Positions 20,494 to 28,837 of a stretch of DNA of 47,766 nt are shown one piece after another; position 1 is the stretch's first letter, and every line of letters starts with the position of its first letter. This stretch comes from a virus (lineage: Duplodnaviria; Heunggongvirae; Uroviricota; Caudoviricetes): IMG/VR virus record IMGVR_UViG_2541047895_000008, positions 1 to 47,766 of that record. The stretch is one strand, 5' to 3'. The notes under the pieces are model-generated. The model was not told the DNA's origin and made no database searches. It saw nothing but the letters and a program-made list of their open reading frames with translations. Made by a program: the position numbers and the translations under genes.

Positions 20494-22075
20494 GTGGTGT
20501 TGTCTCCTCTTCCGGCCTGCGACTCTCCGCTATCTGCTGCTGATACGCCTGCGCTATCCACACCGGACGTGAGAGTCCGGCTTTTTCCCGCTCTGCAGAT
20601 TCCCTGACCTGCTGGCGGAAAATGTCCTGATAATCCTCGCCCATCAGCGCCAGCTCTTTCTCATACGTGCTCAGTCCGGCCTCAATGCGCATCACTGATT
20701 CCTGAACCTCCTTGAGCCCGTCAATGGCCATTCTTCCGGCTCCAATCCACTCAGCCCGTGACCAGGCTGATCGCGCCTGATAAAAATCAAAACGTGCCCG
20801 TGGCGGACGAATAATCCCCCGAAGAAGTGCCTCTTCCAGCCAGCAGGAAAACATCTGCGTGGCCAGCCGGGACGCAATAAATTTTCGCCGCCCCATAAAA
20901 TAGCGCCACGACTCATTGGCGGATGCGCGGGCACTTGAATAACTGACCTTCGAGTAATCACGGGACAACTGTTCGTAGGAAACGCCAAGACCGGCGGCGA
21001 TATACCGCAGCAGCGCCTGTTCAAGCGCCGAAAATCCATTGTCTGAATCCTGCGCGGTCTGAAGTTTCAGATCATCACCGGGGAAAAGGTGCGGAATTTT
21101 GACACCGCCCAGCGTCACGCTATTCGTGTCATACCAGGTGGAGAACTTATCCAGAATATTAATAAGCGGATTATCCTTCTGCCCCTGCGGCGCACCGGCG
21201 ATATATTCAAAGGCCTTTTCGGTATCAAGGTCACTTTCAATCGTCGCTGCATACATCGCCTTCACTATGGCCGACTGAAGCTGTGTTGCCTGCAGGGAAT
21301 CGAGCATCTTCAGCCGTTCCATTACGCTGTAAAACTGATTGGCCCCACGGGTCTGCCCGTCCTCCACCGGCTCGAAAATATGCAGCATGGCCGGACGCCC
21401 GGTGGGAAGTTCACGCGGGATCCGTTCCCATCGTCCACTCCCAGAGAACGGAAAATCATCCTCACAGATATGGTACGCAACGGCACGACCATATCGATCG
21501 ACCTCCACACCGGCCCGCAGAAAACGGTTCCCCATACCGTGTCCTGGCGTGTCCACCCGTTTCGGACTCACGGCTTTAAAACGCGTACGAAACAGTTGCG
21601 TGCTCTCCGTATCCCAGACCGGCTGCACAAAGATTTCGCCGTTAAACGCATGAACGCCCACACCTTCACGAATAAATTCCGTAAACGTGCGTTTCTCTTC
21701 CACGTCGATCTCGCCAGACATCCCTTCGGCGTATTCCGACCAGGCCGCCTCCACCTCATCGACAAAACTTTTTGCCGCAGTCTCCCGCATCCCCAGCCAG
21801 CGCCAGTTCGGACGGTAGCTGATCAGAAACATATGCCCGACAATATGATCCTTATGCAGGGCCACCGCATTGGCCGCTATCCCGTTATTGCGCACCAGAT
21901 CATCTGCCCGGGCATTCCCCAGACGCAACGCAGGCAGCAGGGCTGCATCGGCACTCTGCGCCGGTGGCAACCACTCCGCCATTTGCCCGCCAAATCCTGC
22001 GCCGCCCCCGTTGTAGCTGAGACTCTCACGAAGCGGAACGCCGTTCACATCAATCAGGACAGGCGTTCGTTTCAT
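20483..22075 (-). CDS. B: Portal protein B
   Basis: 530 aa, lambda gpB-like. Confidence 0.9.
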   Translation of the reverse strand: MKRTPVLIDVNGVPLRESLSYNGGGAGFGGQMAEWLPPAQSADAALLPALRLGNARADDLVRNNGIAANAVALHKDHIVGHMFLISYRPNWRWLGMRETAAKSFVDEVEAAWSEYAEGMSGEIDVEEKRTFTEFIREGVGVHAFNGEIFVQPVWDTESTQLFRTRFKAVSPKRVDTPGHGMGNRFLRAGVEVDRYGRAVAYHICEDDFPFSGSGRWERIPRELPTGRPAMLHIFEPVEDGQTRGANQFYSVMERLKMLDSLQATQLQSAIVKAMYAATIESDLDTEKAFEYIAGAPQGQKDNPLINILDKFSTWYDTNSVTLGGVKIPHLFPGDDLKLQTAQDSDNGFSALEQALLRYIAAGLGVSYEQLSRDYSKVSYSSARASANESWRYFMGRRKFIASRLATQMFSCWLEEALLRGIIRPPRARFDFYQARSAWSRAEWIGAGRMAIDGLKEVQESVMRIEAGLSTYEKELALMGEDYQDIFRQQVRESAEREKAGLSRPVWIAQAYQQQIAESRRPEEETTPRET

Positions 22076-22278
22076 AACCTCACTCCCAGCGGACGACGGC
22101 GACGTCGGGTTGTCCCCAGTACCGACTCCGCATCATTGATCGCCCGGTTAAGCTCATCCAGAGAAGCCGCCGTATATTCAATTCTGCGACCATCTTTCTG
22201 GACAGACACCACCCGTTTACCGGTTAATAAATCAAGGCGCGCCTGACGTAGCGCCTGTAGTTCAGCGACTGTAACCAT
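22072..22278 (-). CDS. W: Head-tail connector protein W
   Basis: ..LTGKRVVSVQKDGRRIEYTAASL.. close to lambda gpW. Confidence 0.85.
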   Translation of the reverse strand: MVTVAELQALRQARLDLLTGKRVVSVQKDGRRIEYTAASLDELNRAINDAESVLGTTRRRRRPLGVRL

Positions 22279-24190
22279 TCACTCCTCCGGACAGCTTCGC
22301 TGCCAGTTCTTTCAGGGTTGGCCGGGTCGTCTCTTCTTCCCGGGATTTTGCCAGTACAGCCAGATCAAGCTGCCAGCGTTGCACGGACACACGTAATGCC
22401 GCGTAGGCATACACCAGGCAGTCCAGCGCTTCGTTACGCCGCTTTTTGTTATCCCACAGCAGACGCATCTTTCCTTTTTCCCACTTCTCCACAAGCTCTT
22501 CCGCCACCAGTTGCTGCGCCTCTGTCTGCGAAAAAATCTCCGGATCATCAGGAAAACGGATGGCATACGACGTGGCTTCATCCGCAGGAGTGGGATCGGC
22601 TTTCATACGGGCATAGAGAATTTCTTTTGCGGTGTCCGTCCCCACTTCACACAGATACACGCCCCGCTGATTGCGGGTTTTCGGCATGGTGATCACCGGC
22701 TTGCCATAGACAGATGCGCCTTTTACCGGCAGCACCCGGAAAACACCGTGTTTTTTTGACCTCTGATAGACAATTTCACCATCGATCCCCCCGGTGTCCC
22801 AGCAGACACGGGAAATGGTCATTTCGGTTCCGTCTGCATGGCAGTATTTTTTGTTGATCGCCGCATCCACACGTAACAGCGTCTCTTCCTCATCGGGACG
22901 GCCCATAATGATGATTTTATCCACCAGAAAGGCTTCCTCTCCCGGTGCCCATCCCCAGACATACATCTCAAAACGGTTTCGCTGCGAGTCAATGCCCGCC
23001 GTCAGATAAACCACCCGGGCAGGCACCGCCGCCGTGTAACGCACCACCTTATCCATCAGTACCTGGTGATCGAGTTTTTCGCCCACGGCCTCTTCCCAGG
23101 TCTCGCCCAGCGTGGTGTTCACAAAGGTTTTCAGGCCGTTGGGATCTTTCAGTGCATCCAGCCAGTCATAGACTATCTGTATCCAGGTGGTGAACGGACT
23201 GTACGCCGTCCAGATATGGAACGTGATGGAGCGCGGCGGCGGAATTTCATCCCCCCGGGCGCTGAAAAACATCAGGCCGTCACGGGTCCACATACCCGTG
23301 TTTTCACAGATCCAGCGCCCGTTACTCTGGTCAAGCTCAGACTGATGGATCACGCAGCCATGATGTTCACAGAGGTAGAAAACGCTTTCGGGGCTGTCCT
23401 TCTCCCATTTAAGGCCAAAAGGCGTGGATTCATCGCCAAATTTCAGATACTGCGCCTCCTCACAGTGCGGGCAGGGCACATAGAAACGCATGAAATGCGC
23501 CGACTCGTTGGCCGCTTTTTCGATCTGGCAGGTACCTTTGATTTTAGGCGTCGAGCCGCGAATGGATTTTGGCCATACAGAGCCCTCAATACGCTTATCC
23601 CCCAGCAGGGTTGGCGAGCCCTCTTTTTCGACATCCGGCTCGAACGAGGAAAGCTCGTCATAGCAGACCACGTCCACGGATTTTTCACGGTAGTTTTTGG
23701 CGGCTGCACCGCCCAGGCACCAGAAACCGACGCCCGATGAAAAGCGTTTCAGCGTGAGAGTATTGTCACGATGTTTACGACCCAGCCATGGGGAAAGGTC
23801 TTTCAGGCATGGCACGTTCCGAATCGTCGCCTCCACGTGAGACTTCATAAAATCTTCAGCGGCAGAATCCGTGGGCTGAAAAAGCAGACTGTTTCGGGAT
23901 TTATGCTCAATAAAATACCCGACCACCCCCAGCAACATCTTTGTATAGCCAACACGGGCAGATTTAATCAGGTTAACCGTGCGAACCTGGTCGTTACCCA
24001 TACAGTTCATAATGGCGATCTGGAATGGCAGCGTTTTCCATTCTCCCTCACCATATGAAGATTCTTTAGGCAGATAATAATTTTGATCAGCCCATTCAAC
24101 TGCCGTCATTGGTACAACCCTGACCAGAGGCTGCAGCGCAACCGAAACGGCAGCCATCATATTATTCAGTTGTTGCTCTGATATATTCAT
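22262..24190 (-). CDS. A: Terminase large subunit A
   Basis: MNISEQQLN...TAVEWADQNYYLPKES... close to lambda gpA; start set at the internal Met, not the ORF-track start at 24247. Confidence 0.9.
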   Translation of the reverse strand: MNISEQQLNNMMAAVSVALQPLVRVVPMTAVEWADQNYYLPKESSYGEGEWKTLPFQIAIMNCMGNDQVRTVNLIKSARVGYTKMLLGVVGYFIEHKSRNSLLFQPTDSAAEDFMKSHVEATIRNVPCLKDLSPWLGRKHRDNTLTLKRFSSGVGFWCLGGAAAKNYREKSVDVVCYDELSSFEPDVEKEGSPTLLGDKRIEGSVWPKSIRGSTPKIKGTCQIEKAANESAHFMRFYVPCPHCEEAQYLKFGDESTPFGLKWEKDSPESVFYLCEHHGCVIHQSELDQSNGRWICENTGMWTRDGLMFFSARGDEIPPPRSITFHIWTAYSPFTTWIQIVYDWLDALKDPNGLKTFVNTTLGETWEEAVGEKLDHQVLMDKVVRYTAAVPARVVYLTAGIDSQRNRFEMYVWGWAPGEEAFLVDKIIIMGRPDEEETLLRVDAAINKKYCHADGTEMTISRVCWDTGGIDGEIVYQRSKKHGVFRVLPVKGASVYGKPVITMPKTRNQRGVYLCEVGTDTAKEILYARMKADPTPADEATSYAIRFPDDPEIFSQTEAQQLVAEELVEKWEKGKMRLLWDNKKRRNEALDCLVYAYAALRVSVQRWQLDLAVLAKSREEETTRPTLKELAAKLSGGVNGYSR

Positions 24191-24671
24191 CGAGTAAATC
24201 CGGTAATTTATCCCCTGCCCGCGCACACTGATTTGCCCCCTTAGCAATAAGGGTTTTCAGATGGTCAAGATGGCGCGGTGTTAAATCAGGAAACTGTCGC
24301 TGCATGGATAAAGGGATGGAATCAAGCGTACTGGATAACGCCATTGCCAGCTTACTGAGGGCAAAAATACAGAACCCGGTGTCAATAAGTTTTCCTTTTG
24401 ACACCTCATTTTTTAACTGCTGTGTAACAGCCTGTTCTGCTGTCAGTTCCCATCTGGCAATAAGCAATTTCTCCTCATAGTCGTCTTCGCTATCGCCATC
24501 AGGCACATCGTTTTTACTTCTCCTCAGATACGATATGTAAAAATCGCGCCAGGCATCCAGATCCAGTTGCCCTCGCTTATTCGATATCGGGGCACCCGGC
24601 AATTTCTGCAATCTGCGAAGCTGGCGATCGGTCAGACTTAAATGCCTGGCAACTTCAGTCTGCGTAGCCAC
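24162..24671 (-). CDS. nu1: Terminase small subunit (Nu1-like C-terminus, divergent N-terminus)
   Basis: C-terminal ..GFCIFALSKLAMALSSTLDSIPLSMQRQFPDL..HLDHLK.. resembles lambda Nu1; located just downstream of cos. Confidence 0.7.
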   Translation of the reverse strand: MATQTEVARHLSLTDRQLRRLQKLPGAPISNKRGQLDLDAWRDFYISYLRRSKNDVPDGDSEDDYEEKLLIARWELTAEQAVTQQLKNEVSKGKLIDTGFCIFALSKLAMALSSTLDSIPLSMQRQFPDLTPRHLDHLKTLIAKGANQCARAGDKLPDLLDEYIRATTE

Positions 24672-24689
24672 TCCTCACCTCGCAAAAAC

Positions 24690-24880
24690 TCTCACCTCAC
24701 AATCACAACAAAACCGGTCATGTCCGGTTTACATGTCTGTTTTTTGTTCATGTCCGGTTCACAGAAGACCTGTTTTTATATTTTTCATATAGTTAACTTG
24801 AAGAGAAACCGGACATGGATCCCGGAAAATTTTCATAAATAGCGAAAACCCGCGAGGTCGCCGCCCCGTAACCTGTCGGA
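24690..24880 (-). other. cos site (cosN plus cosB-like terminase-binding repeats)
   Basis: - strand reads GGGGCGGCGACCTCGCGGGTTTTCGCTATTTATGAAAATTTTCCGG, matching the lambda left cohesive end (12-nt overhang at 24855..24866); repeated ccggacatg motifs lie between cosN and the small terminase gene. Confidence 0.85.
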
Positions 24881-25073
24881 TCGCCGGAAAGGACCCACGA
24901 AAATGATAATAATTATCATCTACATGAGGTTTATCACGACATGTGTGTACGCCATCAAACCACGAGAAATAATCAATTATTACGCAGGTATCGTATTAAT
25001 TGATCTGCATCAAATTAGCGTAAAAGCAACTTCAGATAATACAAATCAGCAACACTGAATACGGGGCAACATT

Positions 25074-25298
25074 ATGTCATCAAAGAACAGAACCCGCAGA
25101 ACAACAACCCGCAACATCCGATTTCCAAACCAGATAATTGAACAAATTAACATCGCTCTTGACCTGAAAGGTTCAGGTAATTTTTCAGCGTGGGTTATTG
25201 AAGCCTGCAGAAGAAGATTAATTAATGAAAAATATTCTCAATTTGTACCCAACAAAGACAAACACGACCAGAGCACCTGTTCAGACAGGTTTACTTAA
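25074..25298 (+). CDS. Small hypothetical protein, possibly YlcI/DUF3950-like
   Basis: MSSKNRTRRTTTRNIRFPNQIIEQINIALDLKGSG... ; + strand inside the late region; family assignment from memory only. Confidence 0.45.
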   Translation: MSSKNRTRRTTTRNIRFPNQIIEQINIALDLKGSGNFSAWVIEACRRRLINEKYSQFVPNKDKHDQSTCSDRFT

Positions 25299-25379
25299 AC
25301 GACTTATATATGACACAAAAAGCGACCACTAAAGTCGCTTTTTCTTATGGTAACAGGCAATAACTCTCTCAGATATTTT

Positions 25380-25694
25380 TTAGCATTTTTTTGACCGCGC
25401 GTTTCCGGACGTATTCTGTTCTCCTGTCCCTTTATATCGTCGGAATACCCGCCGCTCTTCAAATCCCATTCCCAACTCAGAATGTAGTCTGTTGACCGCT
25501 TGTTTTATTTCGGTCAGGTTCACCGGTGAAACCGGAGTCCGGCGCGCCTTACGCAAACACTCTGCTCGTTTCTGTGCCGCCACTTTTCTTTTCTGGTCAT
25601 CACTTAGCTGTACCATCACTTTTGCCCATCGTTCAGCTGCTCTCCGGTACAGTCCTTTTTTCTCCAGACATTCTGCCACGTGATCATGTAGCAT
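25380..25694 (-). CDS. PerC-family transcriptional activator homolog (Pch-like)
   Basis: MLHDHVAECLEKKGLYRRAAERWAKVMVQ... fits the PerC/Pch pattern; preceded by a long A-rich low-complexity tract. Confidence 0.6.
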   Translation of the reverse strand: MLHDHVAECLEKKGLYRRAAERWAKVMVQLSDDQKRKVAAQKRAECLRKARRTPVSPVNLTEIKQAVNRLHSELGMGFEERRVFRRYKGTGEQNTSGNARSKKC

Positions 25695-26159
25695 AAGTGA
25701 CCTCCGATTATCTACAGACTGCCATCCTGAATTTACCTTCCCTTAATGAAATAACAATAAAAAACAAACCACGCAAAAACAATAAAACAACACACAAAAA
25801 AAACTAAATAATAAACAAAAATAATCACCTTATTTTATTATTTTTTGAGGGAGCAATTACTGAACAAAAAACGCTGACTATATACTCAAAACCAAACAAC
25901 TATTCTGCCAATCAGGTATCATGGCAACACACGGAATTACCGTGTTTTTGCCTTCTCTGCCCATACAATACGGGCATATACTTCATTCTCTATTGTAATA
26001 TTTCTATCCATGTGCCCCACTCCATTTACCTGTAAATAATATTCAAAATATTTATCACAGAAATCGTTTTTGGCCATGAACTGAGCACACTATAAAGTCC
26101 GGAACTGACTCTTTGTTAAATTACCTTAACGTTACCAGTAACACCTTCATAACAAAACA

Positions 26160-26627
26160 TCACGGTATACACTGGGTACGGATATATTCCTGTGCTCCTT
26201 CCAGTTGCTTCTGCATTGCCATCAGCCGTTCTCTGAGGATGAAATAATCCCGTTCAGCGGTGTCTGCCAGTCGGGGGCCGGTTGCATTATCCACGCCGGA
26301 GGTGCCGGTGGCTTCACGCACGGTACCGGAGCAGGTGGCGTTGATCCGCAGGCGCTTACGACCAGCGGCAACATCAGCACGCAGAGTTTCATTTTCAGCT
26401 CTCGCATCGGCTAATTCCCTCGAGTATCTGGCATCAAGTGCAGCGACATCACGCTGGCGTATCTGCATATCAGTAATTGTCGCGTTCGCCAGCTCCAGCT
26501 CACTGGCTTTTTTATCGCGCTGCTCTTTGTAGATGATGGCGTGATCACGGTAATGATTCAGCCCCAGACTAAGCGCACCACAGGCCACCAGCAGGACAAT
26601 GATAACCACGCACAGAACACGGTTCAT
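26160..26627 (-). CDS. Rz: Spanin inner-membrane subunit Rz
   Basis: N-terminal TM segment (MNRVLCVVIIVLLVACGAL) then coiled-coil periplasmic domain; contains the embedded Rz1 frame. Confidence 0.8.
   Translation of the reverse strand: MNRVLCVVIIVLLVACGALSLGLNHYRDHAIIYKEQRDKKASELELANATITDMQIRQRDVAALDARYSRELADARAENETLRADVAAGRKRLRINATCSGTVREATGTSGVDNATGPRLADTAERDYFILRERLMAMQKQLEGAQEYIRTQCIP
26222..26392 (-). CDS. Rz1: Spanin outer-membrane lipoprotein Rz1 (embedded in Rz, +1 frame)
   Basis: MKLCVLMLPLVVSAC lipobox then Pro-rich ..PPAPVPCVKPPAPPAWIMQP.. Confidence 0.75.
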   Translation of the reverse strand: MKLCVLMLPLVVSACGSTPPAPVPCVKPPAPPAWIMQPAPDWQTPLNGIISSSENG

Positions 26628-26962
26628 ATCACCACCAACGGATTGCCCAGACCAGAACAGCAATGGCCACAATACGAATGGCAAAAGCTGCCGCTCTTGT
26701 TAAATCCAGACTGGCTGGCGTCTCCACTTCAATGCCTTTCATAATGGACAACCTCAGAAAGAATCTTTTATACTTCCTCACAGGGAAAGTACCTCCCTAC
26801 CCATAATTTCTCCCTTGCCTTACTCAAGGTCAGAAAACACAAAACCCCGCTTGCTGCCAACAAACGGGGTTTTTACTTTTATTCACTTAGGTTTTACCAG
26901 TTTTCAGGATTTCGTGTTATCCACCCGCGTTGGCCAACGTCATTTTTCAGGAAAATATTCTG

Positions 26963-27496
26963 CTATCTGTCGATGTCCCAGCACGCCAGCGCGCTCTCCT
27001 GGTCACGCCGTGAGACCTGACCGTAGCAATTATTTGAACGGATACGGCAGTCTCTGCCACCGTCCTTAATCCACCAGCGAATCGCCTCACAGGCACCTTT
27101 TCGATCGCCTGCATTAATTCGTTTATAAAACGTCGACGGGAAGCACTTACCGGGGCCAATGTTGTACGGACAGAATGACGCGATCCCCGCTTTCTGGGGT
27201 TCGGTCAGCGGCACCCGGATGTTTTTCTCCACCCATGCCAGCGCCTTGTCACGTTCGATGGCATTAACCCGGTCGCATTTTTCCTTTGACAGCTTCATGC
27301 CAGGAATAACAGGCTTACCATCCACCAGAATGGCACCACGGCAGATGGTCCAGATCCCCGCACCATCACGGTATGCCGTGGTGTGGTTACCTTCCTTTTC
27401 ATCCAGAAACTGGTCGAGGATTTCAGGCGCAGAAGCACCTGCACCAATCAGCGCCAGAACGGCAGCCGACAGGCCGTATTTTATTTTTTCGTTCAT
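26963..27496 (-). CDS. R: SAR-type endolysin (phage lysozyme)
   Basis: Gly/Ala-rich weakly hydrophobic N-terminus (YGLSAAVLALIGAGASA) followed by a lysozyme-like domain; paired with the pinholin. Confidence 0.75.
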   Translation of the reverse strand: MNEKIKYGLSAAVLALIGAGASAPEILDQFLDEKEGNHTTAYRDGAGIWTICRGAILVDGKPVIPGMKLSKEKCDRVNAIERDKALAWVEKNIRVPLTEPQKAGIASFCPYNIGPGKCFPSTFYKRINAGDRKGACEAIRWWIKDGGRDCRIRSNNCYGQVSRRDQESALACWDIDR

Positions 27497-27613
27497 GGGG
27501 ATTTATCGATTTCTAATCCCTTGATATGTTAGGTATATAATCCAACACTCATGGTCGCTCTCATAAACATATCCCTTGAGACGCAGCAGATTACAACAAA
27601 TGAAGCCATATAA

Positions 27614-27928
27614 ATGAACAGTAAAGAAAGTTTGCGCAGAAGATTTTTACAACTAATGACAGAAAACGTTAAATCAGAGTTACTTCTTCTGATGGCAGAT
27701 AATAACGAAGCAACAAGCAGCATTCTTGCAGACCCTTACGGTAAGATCTCACATAAAACGCTGGATATTATTACCACAACATTAACACCGCTGATGCTTC
27801 AACGGCTGAAACATAATATCAACGCATGGGTTAATGAAGAATTAAGTCCTCCCTGCTTATGGGATTCTCGTTACGCATGTCAGCAAAAAATGCGAATTTT
27901 CAACTTACTATCACCAAAGCTCAGGTAG
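27614..27928 (+). CDS. Hypothetical 104-aa protein in an AT-rich insert between holin and endolysin (moron candidate)
   Basis: Only sizeable ORF in the ~690-bp S-R spacer; opposite strand to the late operon; noticeably AT-rich. No family recognised. Confidence 0.4.
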   Translation: MNSKESLRRRFLQLMTENVKSELLLLMADNNEATSSILADPYGKISHKTLDIITTTLTPLMLQRLKHNINAWVNEELSPPCLWDSRYACQQKMRIFNLLSPKLR

Positions 27929-28183
27929 CCATAAAATCCTGCCCTTCATGGCATACAGGATTTCAATGGAATCACAATGACCAACTCTTGCACAGCTGTA
28001 TCCCTGACTCCCCGACAACTCAGATTTTCAGTATCTGCTGCTATCTAAAGAGAAAGCGCACAAATGCAAGGGTCTTTCATCACGTCCTGTTATTGATTGC
28101 CTGTGACCTTTTCTTACCTCATGGAACGTTTTTTCAGTTAGAAATATTCATTTTACAACCAGTTCGTATTGTTTATTCATCGA

Positions 28184-28390
28184 CTACTCTCCCCGCGCCA
28201 CCTTACGCTTATCTTCTTTAATCTTGAAATAAAGGTTAGTCAGATACGTCAGCAGGCCAAACAGCAGACTCCCCAGCACACCGATTGCCACCCACTGGGA
28301 CGGAGAGACTTTGTCCAGCAGCTGCAGTAACCAGTATCCCGTCCCCACCGCTGACGTGGTGTATGACACACCCGTTGTGATTTTTTCCAT
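28184..28390 (-). CDS. S: Holin, phage 21 S-type pinholin
   Basis: [63 protein letters not shown].. matches the S21-like pinholin. Confidence 0.85.
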   Translation of the reverse strand: MEKITTGVSYTTSAVGTGYWLLQLLDKVSPSQWVAIGVLGSLLFGLLTYLTNLYFKIKEDKRKVARGE

Positions 28391-28837
28391 CTGATGTATG
28401 TCTCCGTCACCGCCGACAGAAAATGAAAGTAAAGAAAAACAAAAAAACCGCCAGTGTCACCCACTGACGGCCAACTCCGGGAGCCGTGATTATGGCATTC
28501 AGGCTCTGCTAAAAATGCCAGATAACATTCCGGCCTCCCCTGATTCAGGTTATAAATGACACAATATCTTGACAACACCCGTCACTGTCTGTCAGAAAAT
28601 ATACCGCCAGGCATAAGTATCATGTGAAATCCAACTATCCTTCTGAGCCAGCACCTCTCCACCGAAAGTCAGTGCTGGCTGTTTTTTTCCTTAATAAAGC
28701 ATCTGTAACTGAAACAATCCGCATATTGATAATATATTGACAGGCATCATTGCTGTCTGTGAAAAATAAGTCTCTACAAACATATAAGGCCTTTTAGCCA
28801 GCGTCTTCTTTTTGGTGTCTCTCGCGGGCTTTTTTTA

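Noticed and set aside
21089-22246. 385-aa plus-strand ORF antisense to the portal gene
   Set aside because: Arg/His/Pro-rich, overlaps the gpB-like ORF; likely spurious.
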